From NCBI GenBank assembly GCA_021778805.1, contig JAJYBV010000002.1, forward strand, positions 18,526 through 82,525: a stretch of 64,000 nt of DNA. Reading direction: 5' to 3'. Made by a program: the position numbers and the translations under genes. Source of the stretch: Chloroflexota bacterium. Lineage in GTDB: Bacteria > Chloroflexota > Ktedonobacteria > Ktedonobacterales > JACDGC01. Numbering within the stretch: position 1 is the first letter of the stretch; the number at the start of each line of letters is the position of its first letter. The notes under the pieces are model-generated. The model was not told the DNA's origin and ran no database searches. It saw only the letters and a program-made list of their open reading frames with translations. This document shows, in pieces, positions 29,201 through 38,190 of the stretch.

Positions 29201-30426
29201 TCTTTCTTAATATCAATCTGCTCCATCGCCAAGGTATCTTGTACAATATGAATTAATTTCTGCCCCATAAGATCCCACGAGGCATTTTGCTCGATAAATT
29301 CACGAGCTTGTTCACCCGATGACTTTACCAGCGCCGGATTATCTGAGGCTTTTAACAAATATTGGGTTAGTTGTTGTGTTTCATGCGGTGTATTTGCTTC
29401 TATGCGCCAGCAATATGTGTTATCATATTCTCTAAATTGTGGAAGATCAGAGGTAATAACCACCTTACCGGCGCCAAACGCCCGTAGCATTACTCCTGAT
29501 GTTTCCCCCGATGTGGGCCAGCGCAAATTAACCACCACATCTACACATTGCACATACTCCAAAAAGGAGTTCATATCTAAATTAGGAATAGAGATGACAA
29601 CATTGGTTAACCCCAACGTTTTGATTTGTTTTTTAATTTTCTGTACATATTCTTGCTCTTCTTCAAATCCAACGATCAATAAGCGCGCATTGGGATTTTT
29701 TTTATAAAGCGCATGAAAAGCATTAAGAATAACATGTATGCGTTTTGTATGGTTTACCCGGCCGAAAGCGCCAATCAACAAGTGATTTTCGGAAAAATTG
29801 AATTTTCTGCGCAGCTGCGCCGCAGTTTTTGCAGCAAACACATCTGCGCCATGAAAAATATTATATAGCTGCGTATTTGGGTACGCTTTAGCATAAAATT
29901 CCTTGCTCCATTGGCTATGCACCACTACCGATAAACTGCTGTCAAAAATTCGCTTAGTAAGGTGATAGGTTAACCTATCGGGGTGTTTATGCTGCTGAAG
30001 CAATTTCTGCAGATTTTGTGCGGCTTGTTCACCATAGTTATAGCGAACTTCGTTTAATAATTTTGCAAGATCATTCTGCCAAAGATAACTGTGGAAATCA
30101 TAAAGCGACATATCATGCTGCAATACAATACCCGGATGGCTTAATGCGCGATCATAAATATATTTATGGAAAAAAGGATTATTTCCCAAATTATAAATAT
30201 TGACATCAAAAGGCGCAAAATCGTTGCGTTCATCATAATAATCTTCGCCCCACACTAACGCGCCGGGATGGGGAAACGCAGGGGGAAGAGCAGCGTTATC
30301 AGTAAATATTTCTAAATCGCAGTATTTGGCCAAAGCGGCAATCAAATCTGTGCTATAATCAGATATTCCGCTTTCCAACGGTGGAAATGGTGACCAATAT
30401 GCAACGCGATAGCTAGTATCTTTCAT
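26224..30426 (-). CDS. giant multidomain protein: GT4 glycosyltransferase, second GT4, coiled coil, then C-terminal FkbM-like methyltransferase
   Basis: About 1400 aa. The likely start is MKDTSYRVAYW at 30426, with GAGGA upstream. The second GT domain has SLHRAEGFGLGMAEAMYLGKPVIATGYSGN. Heptad-rich segment around aa 850-1010. The C-terminus has VIDVDAESGAYAMQM..VLFEP (tentatively FkbM-like). Confidence 0.85.
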   Translation of the reverse strand: MKDTSYRVAYWSPFPPLESGISDYSTDLIAALAKYCDLEIFTDNAALPPAFPHPGALVWGEDYYDERNDFAPFDVNIYNLGNNPFFHKYIYDRALSHPGIVLQHDMSLYDFHSYLWQNDLAKLLNEVRYNYGEQAAQNLQKLLQQHKHPDRLTYHLTKRIFDSSLSVVVHSQWSKEFYAKAYPNTQLYNIFHGADVFAAKTAAQLRRKFNFSENHLLIGAFGRVNHTKRIHVILNAFHALYKKNPNARLLIVGFEEEQEYVQKIKKQIKTLGLTNVVISIPNLDMNSFLEYVQCVDVVVNLRWPTSGETSGVMLRAFGAGKVVITSDLPQFREYDNTYCWRIEANTPHETQQLTQYLLKASDNPALVKSSGEQAREFIEQNASWDLMGQKLIHIVQDTLAMEQIDIKKDLSYWNPFTHVSGLNVIGDLRSETGLVTAAARLFDVLLGKNIPVSYREKIYYGADPKNPLPARFVGLPRASTYPINLFLNNINDMPWINDEELTTLTDNKYTIAFWAWELEKVADIFKDHIQRVSEIWVNSAFTKQNIEAYTQAPVSVIPMPISIETSDVPDRSQFHLPSQAFVFLFTFDANSCESRKNPLGVAQAFQKAFWNYPGKKPLLVIKSQNLENYPMLAKALKNAVENVGGMLIESYLTRRQMNDLLACCDAYVSLHRAEGFGLGMAEAMYLGKPVIATGYSGNADYMTAENSYPVDFTIRTITLEEHHYHPDCAKVYQPGFVWAEPNIDHAAQLMLHVFEHPEEARQKGAIAAKDIRRQYSAHAAATVIINRLNAIDAKPGLPSPVKATADTSEFVNFHQDLLHKWDWTRTRDQRVPFKKQKGIGTLLRIAVRVFSLGRLNEQQGAINVISLNEYRQMSSRVAELEAKLSSLQEQMLYQYGNQPMYSESTQKSSESANSVSQSQRQLQLKLQEIQALQNRVNELSDHVFAIKEKLNQVDTEYGDHIFALKNTLHTMLQEYGSHIDAIKEKLNQVDSEYSDHIYSVKASLHGIEYMQDKIIEIVGRIYQTLPQNSDAAGQLADPREIGNPVKNLSDYLQNAAHRKLIAAEIFAALNIDAATPYSISMNDTHELQIIESTVEDESPSVWLHFNIDDTPYLTMLFKSVQASLSKTTTFIFIDQLQQDLHIGSLQLNSARHIHIYKDFWGRAVILAQPEITEVLLQNETQILVNKAMADRVRLFYQDTPALNEIAQALPEHSIVIDVDAESGAYAMQMLTQTTHIDKAVLFEPHIYNAAVIRANIQSWQMQDKMIVFDGYPGLEFGEFFYEQQPKQAEHNHEAYKIGNISNLFQLAFMLKDIHSVAVVMLSQESQIPGGLAFLTQLLQHARPFIIFKSSEHGNKGMTDETKQFFAAQRFEIITIHPLVVWVPTERSDAFLGANIQAGQG
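27425..27640 (-). repeat. In-frame 108-bp (36-aa) tandem duplication inside the coiled-coil segment of the giant glycosyltransferase
   Basis: ACTTGGTTTAGTTTTTCTTTAATTGC occurs at 27461-27486 and 27569-27594 and encodes AIKEKLNQV. At protein level there are four 18-aa units of the form DHxFAxKxxLxxxxxEYG. Confidence 0.85.
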
Positions 30427-30448
30427 AATGCGCATCCTCGGTTAATAT

Positions 30449-31903
30449 TTAATCGTCAAACTGATGAATTTGTATAAAATGAGATAATATTTCTTGCATT
30501 CCTGCGATTTCCTGATAGGTATATCTATCAACATCTCGTTGCCGCACATCAATTTTTCTGGAAAGCAACAGCCTTACAATCCCTTTAATAAGTCTTCCGG
30601 CAATCGGCAGTTTACTGAAAGCAAATGTATCTTGCCGCCATTGCAGATATTCCAGCTGCTCAATAACATCTTTTTGTTTTGTTTGAATTTGTTCTAACGA
30701 CAGCAGAGCATTTTTAATAATTGCTTCTTTATTACGGTAAATTTGCTTATTAAATTCGCCTGCGCCAACAAGTTGCTGAATAACTTGCAGCCGCTCGCTG
30801 ATAACGTTGCTGATTGCTTCTAATGATAGTTTTTTCCGGATATCAGCTTGGGCGTTTTGGGCTTTTTTCACGCGATCGTTGGCGTCATAAAAAACCCGTT
30901 TCATTAATTCAACAGCATGATCGACGCTAGGTTCGGCCCATAAACTGCCCGGCTCATAGATATTGAGCAAATGCTGCTCAGATTCAAAATCGCTGCTTTT
31001 AATCGTTTTTAATGAATAATCGGCAATATAACTATTTGCGTTATTCATAAAATCCATATTGCCCGAATACCCGGTGCCAATAACCGGTTTACCTAAATAC
31101 ATAGCTTCGGCCAAGCCAAGGCCAAACCCTTCCGCGCGATGCAAGGAAACGTAGCAATCAATACTATTCAGCAAGCCAAGCATTTCCTGACGAGACAACG
31201 TATCTTCAATTAAAATGCCTTTCAGGCGGCGCATTTCTAAAATTAATTTTTGCCGTGTTTCGGGGTGATGGTTCAGTTGACTCACTTTCAGCGCTAATAT
31301 TGGCCGTGTTGGCTCATGCAAAGGAAACGCTTCTTCATATGCTCGAATTACTGCCCAAGGATTTTTCCGAGTTACACTTGAAGCGGCGTCAAAAGAAAAG
31401 AAAAAGATAAAAGCGTTTTCCGGCAGCTGAAAATATTTTCGGTTATAGGCTGTATTAACTTGAAACTCTATCACATGCGGCACAACTGTAATTGGTGTTG
31501 CTGTTACTGTTGCAAACGCCGCTTTAGCAAAAGCGCTTGGAGTCCAAATTTCATCAAAATATTCAAAATTTGTATGATATTGCTCGGGAACGGCAGGCAA
31601 TTCCCACACCCAATTTGCAATAGCGTATTTGTTTTTTGCGGCAATTTTTAATTTTTCCGAAGCTTGAATCTGCGAAAATTCGTGCATATTCAATCCCGAC
31701 AAATTAATAGGGTATAGCAGCCCCTGTTCTAAGGAGTGCATTTCCTTTTCTTTAATTCTTGGCGCATAGGGATGATGTACAGGATAATAGCTTAAGGGGA
31801 TGTTGCTATACTTCATTGCATCGACCATACCCCGCAGCGCTATGCCCAAACCTGCATTTAAATATACATCGCCAATAATAGTAACCCCGGTAATTTTATC
31901 CAT
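30449..31903 (-). CDS. GT4-family glycosyltransferase with C-terminal coiled coil
   Basis: 484 aa. SLHRAEGFGLGLAEAMYLGKPVIGTGYSGN and KYAIANWVWELP are close paralogs of the central domain of the neighbouring giant protein. Confidence 0.8.
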   Translation of the reverse strand: MDKITGVTIIGDVYLNAGLGIALRGMVDAMKYSNIPLSYYPVHHPYAPRIKEKEMHSLEQGLLYPINLSGLNMHEFSQIQASEKLKIAAKNKYAIANWVWELPAVPEQYHTNFEYFDEIWTPSAFAKAAFATVTATPITVVPHVIEFQVNTAYNRKYFQLPENAFIFFFSFDAASSVTRKNPWAVIRAYEEAFPLHEPTRPILALKVSQLNHHPETRQKLILEMRRLKGILIEDTLSRQEMLGLLNSIDCYVSLHRAEGFGLGLAEAMYLGKPVIGTGYSGNMDFMNNANSYIADYSLKTIKSSDFESEQHLLNIYEPGSLWAEPSVDHAVELMKRVFYDANDRVKKAQNAQADIRKKLSLEAISNVISERLQVIQQLVGAGEFNKQIYRNKEAIIKNALLSLEQIQTKQKDVIEQLEYLQWRQDTFAFSKLPIAGRLIKGIVRLLLSRKIDVRQRDVDRYTYQEIAGMQEILSHFIQIHQFDD

Positions 31904-31921
31904 TAATGTATCTCTGTATCC

Positions 31922-33712
31922 TCAAAATTCTTCTTTAATGGTGACAGTAAATTGATAAAGCATGTGGCTGTATGTTTGGAATGGTATCTTTTTCCTGACA
32001 ATATCAAAAGTTAATTGATATTGTCCCGCGGCTTCCGGCGCGGCAACTGCAATTTGTTTTTTAATTTTTTTGCCGGCAGGTATCTGCTCCATAAGCATCG
32101 TGTTTTGCTCATCTGCAAATATGGTATGTTCGCTTTCTGCTGGCAGATCTTCCGGCAGCCAAGCATAGCTTACATAATAATTTTCAACAGCGTTTTTGGA
32201 ATAAACCCACGTTTGTGAACCGATATTTTTCAATTCAATTTCGCAATTATAATTTTTTCCGGCAGCCATTTCCAAAGGTATTTTGCTATTACTAAAATCT
32301 ACGGCAAAAGCCGGACGGTTCATTTTCAGGGCTTTTTTGCCGAATTCGGCAATCTGCGCCGGCGCATTTCGCATTCCCAAAAGCATTGACAGTCGTTTTA
32401 ACGGTTTCCATAGCGCTAAAATTGAAGCATAATAAAAAGGCTTGCCAGCAAATTGGCCGGATTGCTTCAATGCAATATTGCCGACAAAATCGGGAGCGCG
32501 CTGTGGCTGCTGTGCCCATTGCGTTAAAGAATGCAACGACTGTTCATTTGCATATATCGCTTGAAACAGCTGTTTTGCCTGCCGTCCCATTTCCTGAGTT
32601 GCTGCCGAATTAGAGATCAGCAATTCAATTGCATCCGCCAATGATTGCGCATTTTCCGGCAAATATGCCACGCCGGCGCCTGCCGCAATTATTGATTGCC
32701 CAAGCTCCGTAAGCGAAGTGACAATACACGGCAAACCGGCTTTCAGCCAATCTAAAACCCGATTTCTGCTGCCAAGCAGCGCTTCATATGTCATAAGGTC
32801 AGTATTAACCGCAGCGTCGCTTTCCAGTAAATAATTCGGTAATTCATCTGATGGAACCCAATTAAGCAGATGATAGCGTCCGGAAAATTCCGACTGTTTT
32901 GTCAAATATGCAAATCTCTGAAAAGTTAGTTCGTTATATCCCTTAATTCCACCGCCGGTAGCCACAAATACAATATTTTTGCGCCGCCGCATAACCGTTT
33001 CTAACGCTTCGAAAAGCGTATCCACATCGGTCCACGTATTAAAACCGCCGGTATTCAGCAGCACAAAATCACCGTCTTGCGCAAGGAGTCCGCGAATACT
33101 TTTCCCTTTCGGCGTTAAAGCCGTATTTTCAAGGGTTGCAGGAATAACCTGAACAAATTCATATCCTATTGTGGCTTTATTTAATCTTCCGGCAGCCCCA
33201 AGCTCGCCAATAACCGCCCATTTTTGTCGATCAGAAACACAAGAAAAGCAATCTGCGCGGCGGATAACAGTGTTTTCCGTTTTCCAGCATTGCGCAATAA
33301 TCGCATCATCTCCCAACACTGCCGCCTGTGTTTGAGCTTCGGCCATTAAACTGCCATTTAAATCTGCCCAAAAAGGCAAATTGCCGATATGCCGAACAGC
33401 AATTGCCGCGGAATGTGTAGAAGTTGCAATAACACATTGACATTCAGAAATATATTTAGAAACGATCTTGCCCAAAGAATAGTTCCAAATATCCAATGAA
33501 ACAGTAATATAGGTTAGGTTATTTACCAAAGTTACAGCAGTATCTGGCTCGTTTTCCGGATAGGTAGCCTGACTGCGTTCGCAAATTGCAATAACTTTAT
33601 GATTCTGTTTCAGTAATACATCAATAAATCGCCATGTGCGTAAACTATGAGCATTCATACGCATATTTTCAAAGGGAAGCGGCGCTACACCAAATAGTAT
33701 TATTGTAGACAT
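31922..33712 (-). CDS. glycosyltransferase-like protein with a C-terminal beta-sandwich-like domain
   Basis: 596 aa. GT-B-like N-terminal part (ILFGVAPLPFEN.., TGGFNTW). The C-terminal ~110 aa are beta-rich (NYNCEIELKNIGSQTW..AGQYQLTFDIV). Confidence 0.65.
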   Translation of the reverse strand: MSTIILFGVAPLPFENMRMNAHSLRTWRFIDVLLKQNHKVIAICERSQATYPENEPDTAVTLVNNLTYITVSLDIWNYSLGKIVSKYISECQCVIATSTHSAAIAVRHIGNLPFWADLNGSLMAEAQTQAAVLGDDAIIAQCWKTENTVIRRADCFSCVSDRQKWAVIGELGAAGRLNKATIGYEFVQVIPATLENTALTPKGKSIRGLLAQDGDFVLLNTGGFNTWTDVDTLFEALETVMRRRKNIVFVATGGGIKGYNELTFQRFAYLTKQSEFSGRYHLLNWVPSDELPNYLLESDAAVNTDLMTYEALLGSRNRVLDWLKAGLPCIVTSLTELGQSIIAAGAGVAYLPENAQSLADAIELLISNSAATQEMGRQAKQLFQAIYANEQSLHSLTQWAQQPQRAPDFVGNIALKQSGQFAGKPFYYASILALWKPLKRLSMLLGMRNAPAQIAEFGKKALKMNRPAFAVDFSNSKIPLEMAAGKNYNCEIELKNIGSQTWVYSKNAVENYYVSYAWLPEDLPAESEHTIFADEQNTMLMEQIPAGKKIKKQIAVAAPEAAGQYQLTFDIVRKKIPFQTYSHMLYQFTVTIKEEF

Positions 33713-33942
33713 ATGTTATTAAATCCTGTTGAATATAGCGTTACTATATCAAAATCGGCGTGATTTGAAAATATATTAGGAAATATGCATTTATGCTGCG
33801 GGCGGCCAAGCGATCACTGATTTAACGGGGGTAGCGATACCGCACCGATAAACATGGTACAATAACACAGATACCACCTTAACCGGAACTGCGCCGGATA
33901 TACACAGCAATGTTCTGGCAAACAAATATCGGAGGATACATC

Positions 33943-35748
33943 GTGGCTAAAGAAACGCCCGCTCGCGAAAGTATTGCAATTGAAGATACTTGGGAATTAG
34001 AATCAATTTTTGCAACTGACGCTAATTGGGAAGAAAAATACGCTTATTGCATGCAGCAAACGCCAAATTTAGAGCAGTTTAAAGGAACACTAGGCCAAAG
34101 CGGAGCGAATTTATACGCTGCGCTGCAGTTCCGCGATCAATTAAGCGAGATTATTGAACGGTTGTTTGTCTACGCTAATATGCGTTTTCACGAAGACACA
34201 ACTAAAGCAAAATACCAAGCTTTAGCGGATAGATCCATGACTTTAATGGCAACGTTTGCGGCAGCCGGAGCATTTTATACTCCCGAAATTTTATCAATCC
34301 CACAGGAAACGCTGGATGGATTTTTTACTCAGGAACATAAATTAAGTTTATATAAGCATCAAATTGAGGAAATCACCCACGCTAAACCGCATATCCGCAG
34401 CGCAGAAGTTGAAGAAGTGCTTGCCAGTATGGCCGAGCTTTCTCAGGCGCCGGAAAAAATCTTTGAGATGATTGATAACGCCGACTTGCGCTTGCCCAAA
34501 ATAACTGACGCAGATGGATCTGAAGCGCAGCTTTCATTAGGGAACTATGTTTTGTTTTTGCAAAGCAGCAGCCGCGAAACACGCAAAGCGGCATTTGAAG
34601 GCATGCACGGAACATTTAAAGCGCAGCAAAATACTATTGCCGCCAACCTTGCAACGCAAGTAAAAAAGAATATCTTTTTAGCGCGCACCCGCAAATATGA
34701 AACAACATTGGATATGGCGCTAGACGCAAACAATATCCCTACAGCTGTATACACCAACCTGATTACCGCGGTAAATGCCCATTTACCGGCGCTGCACCGC
34801 TATTTAGCGCTGCGTAAAAAAGTTTTGGCGGTAGATGAACTGCATATGTACGATTTGTATGTGCCTTTGGTGGCAGATAGCGACAAGCAGGTATTGTTTG
34901 ATGAAGCGCGAGAAACAGTCGCCAAAGCGCTGGCGCCGCTAGGGCAGGAATATGTTACGCAACTGAGCAAAGGCATGCAATCTCGCTGGATTGATGTGTA
35001 TGAAAATACCGGCAAACGCGGCGGCGCATATAGCTGGGGCGCATATGGCACACACCCATTTGTGCTGCTGAATTACCAGAACCGGCTGGATGATATGTTT
35101 ACCTTGGCGCATGAAATGGGCCACTCCATGCACAGCTTTTTTACGTGGCGTGAACAGCCCTATCCCTACGCCAACTACACTATTTTCCTTGCTGAAATCG
35201 CTTCTACCCTCAATGAGGCGCTTTTAACTGACTATCTGCTGAAAACCACATCCGACGCAAAAACAAAAGCATATGTGCTGAACCATTACCTTGAAGGGCT
35301 GCGCGGCACTCTTTTCCGCCAAACTATGTTTGCCGATTTTGAGATGCAAATACATCAGCGCGCCGAATCCGGGGAAGCGTTAACTCCAGAAGTGATGTGC
35401 AACATCTACAAAAACCTGAACGATCGCTATTTTGGAGATGGCGGCGTAGTGGTGGATGATTTAATTGCTTGGGAATGGTCGCGTATCCCGCATTTTTACA
35501 GCAGTTACTATGTGTATCAATACGCTACCGGCATTTCAGCGTCATCTGCGCTGGCGCGCGCCATTATTTCCGAAGGCCAGCCGGCGGTAGATCGCTATTT
35601 GAATATGCTTCACTCCGGTTCATCAGGTTATTCTATCGATTTGCTGCGCGCCGCCGGAGTAGATATGACCTCGCCGGCGCCGGTTGAAGCCGCAATTGCT
35701 GAGTTCGAGCGCGGTGTTACCGAGCTGGAAGCAGCGCTTGGCCAATAA
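33943..35748 (+). CDS. pepF: oligoendopeptidase F (M3B)
   Basis: The ORF opens at 33910, but GGAGG sits 7 nt before the GTG at 33943. Zinc motif HEMGHSMH. Typical PepF N-terminus (TWELESIF). Confidence 0.9.
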   Translation: MAKETPARESIAIEDTWELESIFATDANWEEKYAYCMQQTPNLEQFKGTLGQSGANLYAALQFRDQLSEIIERLFVYANMRFHEDTTKAKYQALADRSMTLMATFAAAGAFYTPEILSIPQETLDGFFTQEHKLSLYKHQIEEITHAKPHIRSAEVEEVLASMAELSQAPEKIFEMIDNADLRLPKITDADGSEAQLSLGNYVLFLQSSSRETRKAAFEGMHGTFKAQQNTIAANLATQVKKNIFLARTRKYETTLDMALDANNIPTAVYTNLITAVNAHLPALHRYLALRKKVLAVDELHMYDLYVPLVADSDKQVLFDEARETVAKALAPLGQEYVTQLSKGMQSRWIDVYENTGKRGGAYSWGAYGTHPFVLLNYQNRLDDMFTLAHEMGHSMHSFFTWREQPYPYANYTIFLAEIASTLNEALLTDYLLKTTSDAKTKAYVLNHYLEGLRGTLFRQTMFADFEMQIHQRAESGEALTPEVMCNIYKNLNDRYFGDGGVVVDDLIAWEWSRIPHFYSSYYVYQYATGISASSALARAIISEGQPAVDRYLNMLHSGSSGYSIDLLRAAGVDMTSPAPVEAAIAEFERGVTELEAALGQ

Positions 35749-35783
35749 ACTTGCACTCCGTTGAAAAGCGGAAAAACCATGTT

Positions 35784-35839
35784 CGGGACGGCGCGCATAC
35801 ATAAAAAACTAATTATGTATCGTCCGTCCCGATTTTTTT
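35784..35839 (+). terminator. rho-independent terminator of pepF
   Basis: Outer stem CGGGACGG / CCGTCCCG and inner stem ATACATAA / TTATGTAT, followed by a T7 run. Confidence 0.7.
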
Positions 35840-35904
35840 AACATGCGCAGGACAATTGCGTGGCGCATGTTTAGCAATCACATAAAACGTGCGCCACCGG
35901 CATA

Positions 35905-36666
35905 TTAATGTGTAATTTCCGCCAGCATTGCATTGATGGTTTGCAGTGATTGCGCATTGAGCTGAAAAGAACGCTCTGAAACAATCATATTTGCCATTTC
36001 TTTGCTCAGGTCTACCCGCGGAGCCTCCAATGTGTTGGGTATTAGCCCGCCAAACCCGTTTTGGAATGGTGTGCCGGTAATCGGCTTGCCGGAATCTACC
36101 GTTGCCGCATATGTTGTAGACCCTATGGCGCTTAACCCTTGGGGATTTATAAATCGCGCCAGCTGTAATTGGCCAATATTTTGCTGCTGGCCGCTTACCT
36201 GCGCTGTAATCTCTCCGGCGCTGGTAACAGTCACTTCCGAAGCGCCGGAAGGCAGCGTAATAGGCGGCTGAACCAATGCGCCGTTAATGTTTAAATTGCC
36301 GGCGCCATCAAATCTCAGCGCGCCTAAGCGCGTATATCCCATTGTTCCATTAGGCTGCAGCGTTTGGAAATATCCATCACCCCCGATGGTTACATCGAGT
36401 GGATTACCGGTTGCCACCGGAGATCCGGGAATTTGCGCATGCGAAGTGCTTTGCAATTGTGAGCCGACACCAATTGCGCTGGAGTTGGCATACGTTGAAT
36501 TGACTAAATTTCGCGGATCAACTCCTTGGTAAATTAAATCGGTGACAATAGGATCGGATGCGTCGAAACCAAACGTATCGACATTGGCAATATTATTGGA
36601 TGTAATATTTAACACTTGCTGTGATGATTCCATTCCGCTTACCGAGCTGGAATAAATTGGCAGCAT
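35905..36666 (-). CDS. flgG: flagellar basal-body rod protein, FlgG-like
   Basis: 253 aa. N-terminal rod motif ITSNNIANVDTFGF. Central GDGYFQ..GTMGYTRLGALRFD. C-terminal MIVSERSFQLNAQSLQT. Confidence 0.8.
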   Translation of the reverse strand: MLPIYSSSVSGMESSQQVLNITSNNIANVDTFGFDASDPIVTDLIYQGVDPRNLVNSTYANSSAIGVGSQLQSTSHAQIPGSPVATGNPLDVTIGGDGYFQTLQPNGTMGYTRLGALRFDGAGNLNINGALVQPPITLPSGASEVTVTSAGEITAQVSGQQQNIGQLQLARFINPQGLSAIGSTTYAATVDSGKPITGTPFQNGFGGLIPNTLEAPRVDLSKEMANMIVSERSFQLNAQSLQTINAMLAEITH

Positions 36667-36689
36667 ATTTAAAACACTCCTTTGTTTTA

Positions 36690-37412
36690 TTATTTCGCTA
36701 TCGAATCAGTCGCTTCCGTCAGCATTTGATAGGCATATTGCTGCATTTGCGCAGACGCCGAAAATGCCCGCTGCGAGGAGATCATAGACCCTAAAACAGC
36801 GGACAAATTCACATTCGATTGTTCCAGCATACTTTGCCGGATAAATGTTTGCGGAGCCGCGGTTACCGCGCCAACAGGCGTAAATAGATCTGCGCCGCTT
36901 TTTGCCCAGCCTGCGGCGTTGAATACGCCTATTTGGCCAATGGTCAATGTTCCCACCTGAACTACTCCGTTAACACCAACGGTAACAGCTTTTCCCTGAA
37001 GATCTGGGAACTGAATGGGGGCTTTGTTAGCGCCCAGCACAACATTGCCATCGGCGTTCACCAACTGCCCGTTTGCGGCAATATGGAAAGCGCCATTGCG
37101 GGTATACATAGTTCCCGTCGGTGTTTGCAGCGCAAAAAATCCCGGTCCTTGCAGCGCCATATCAAACGGGTTAGTAGTTTGCTGCAAGGCGCCCTGAGTT
37201 AAATCTAAACTGGTTACTGTGCTTAACACACCGGTGCCGCGAACCAATCCGCCCATGCCATAAGATAAAGGGTTAGCTGAAGCCATCAGCATAGAATCAA
37301 AATCGCCCTTGTATCCAATAGTTGCCTGATTCGATACATCATTCGATAACGCGCTGATATCCGTCATTTCGCTGGACATACCAGCAACAGCTGTATAAAA
37401 GCCGCGAATCAT
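36690..37412 (-). CDS. flgF: flagellar basal-body rod protein, FlgF/FlgG family
   Basis: 240 aa. MIRGFYTAVAGM.., GPGFFALQ..GTMYTRNGAFHI, LEQSNVNL..MISSQRAF. Confidence 0.75.
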   Translation of the reverse strand: MIRGFYTAVAGMSSEMTDISALSNDVSNQATIGYKGDFDSMLMASANPLSYGMGGLVRGTGVLSTVTSLDLTQGALQQTTNPFDMALQGPGFFALQTPTGTMYTRNGAFHIAANGQLVNADGNVVLGANKAPIQFPDLQGKAVTVGVNGVVQVGTLTIGQIGVFNAAGWAKSGADLFTPVGAVTAAPQTFIRQSMLEQSNVNLSAVLGSMISSQRAFSASAQMQQYAYQMLTEATDSIAK

Positions 37413-37439
37413 AAAAAGAATCCTTTCTTTTTGGTTGTA

Positions 37440-38171
37440 TTATCGCAAATCGGTTTTATCCGGTATACGAACGTTTTTTATAATTTTCAAAGAGCGTCGA
37501 AGAGTATACCCAAGCGCCGCCAGCGAAATCCCCAGCAGGCCATATTCCAGCAATGTTATTTGCCAAGATGCGCTTTTTGTGGCAGCAGGCGCAGTAGCGG
37601 ATGCGCTATATGCGCTGGCTGGCTCAAACGGCGGGTGCTGCGCGTTTGGTCCGGTATCCGGCAGATGTTTTATCTGCTGGATAATACTGCTGTTTCCCTG
37701 AAAATATCCCGCAATAGAGCGCAGATTGCTTGGGGCAGAACTTGCAGACGCGGCGGTATTTGGCTGCACAGTAATTAAGATCATCGAATATCCAGCCGCT
37801 AAATGGCCGGGAAACGATTCATCAATAATAGCCGAGCCATCGCTGGCGGTATTAAATCTGCCAATCAGCATATCAGTTCCGGTTTGGGGATTAATAAACC
37901 AAGCGGCATACATTTGGTTTGTTAACGGCGGAAGCTTTTGCACGCTTATGCGTACTTCAAATGCAATCGGCCAAACAAGCGCATTGCCGGTAGCAATAGT
38001 TGGTCCCCAATTAGAAAACCCCGATATATAGGTTAATGGCACAGATATCGGCTGCTCTTCTGCAAACGCCGGGGCCGGCGATGCCATTGCAAAGAAAAGC
38101 GCAGCCATTGCAAATAGTACCGCAGCGCAAATCCGTTGCCCTGATGTATTGAATATTTTTCGCAAATACAT
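37440..38171 (-). CDS. secreted protein with an RskA-C-terminal-like domain and a C-terminal LPDTG motif, TM helix and basic tail
   Basis: 243 aa. Signal peptide. MYAAWFINPQTGTDMLIGRF resembles the extracellular domain of anti-sigma-K RskA. HLPDTG is followed about 35 aa later by a hydrophobic helix and RRSLK. Confidence 0.55.
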   Translation of the reverse strand: MYLRKIFNTSGQRICAAVLFAMAALFFAMASPAPAFAEEQPISVPLTYISGFSNWGPTIATGNALVWPIAFEVRISVQKLPPLTNQMYAAWFINPQTGTDMLIGRFNTASDGSAIIDESFPGHLAAGYSMILITVQPNTAASASSAPSNLRSIAGYFQGNSSIIQQIKHLPDTGPNAQHPPFEPASAYSASATAPAATKSASWQITLLEYGLLGISLAALGYTLRRSLKIIKNVRIPDKTDLR

Positions 38172-38190
38172 AGCGCATCCTCCGATTTCA

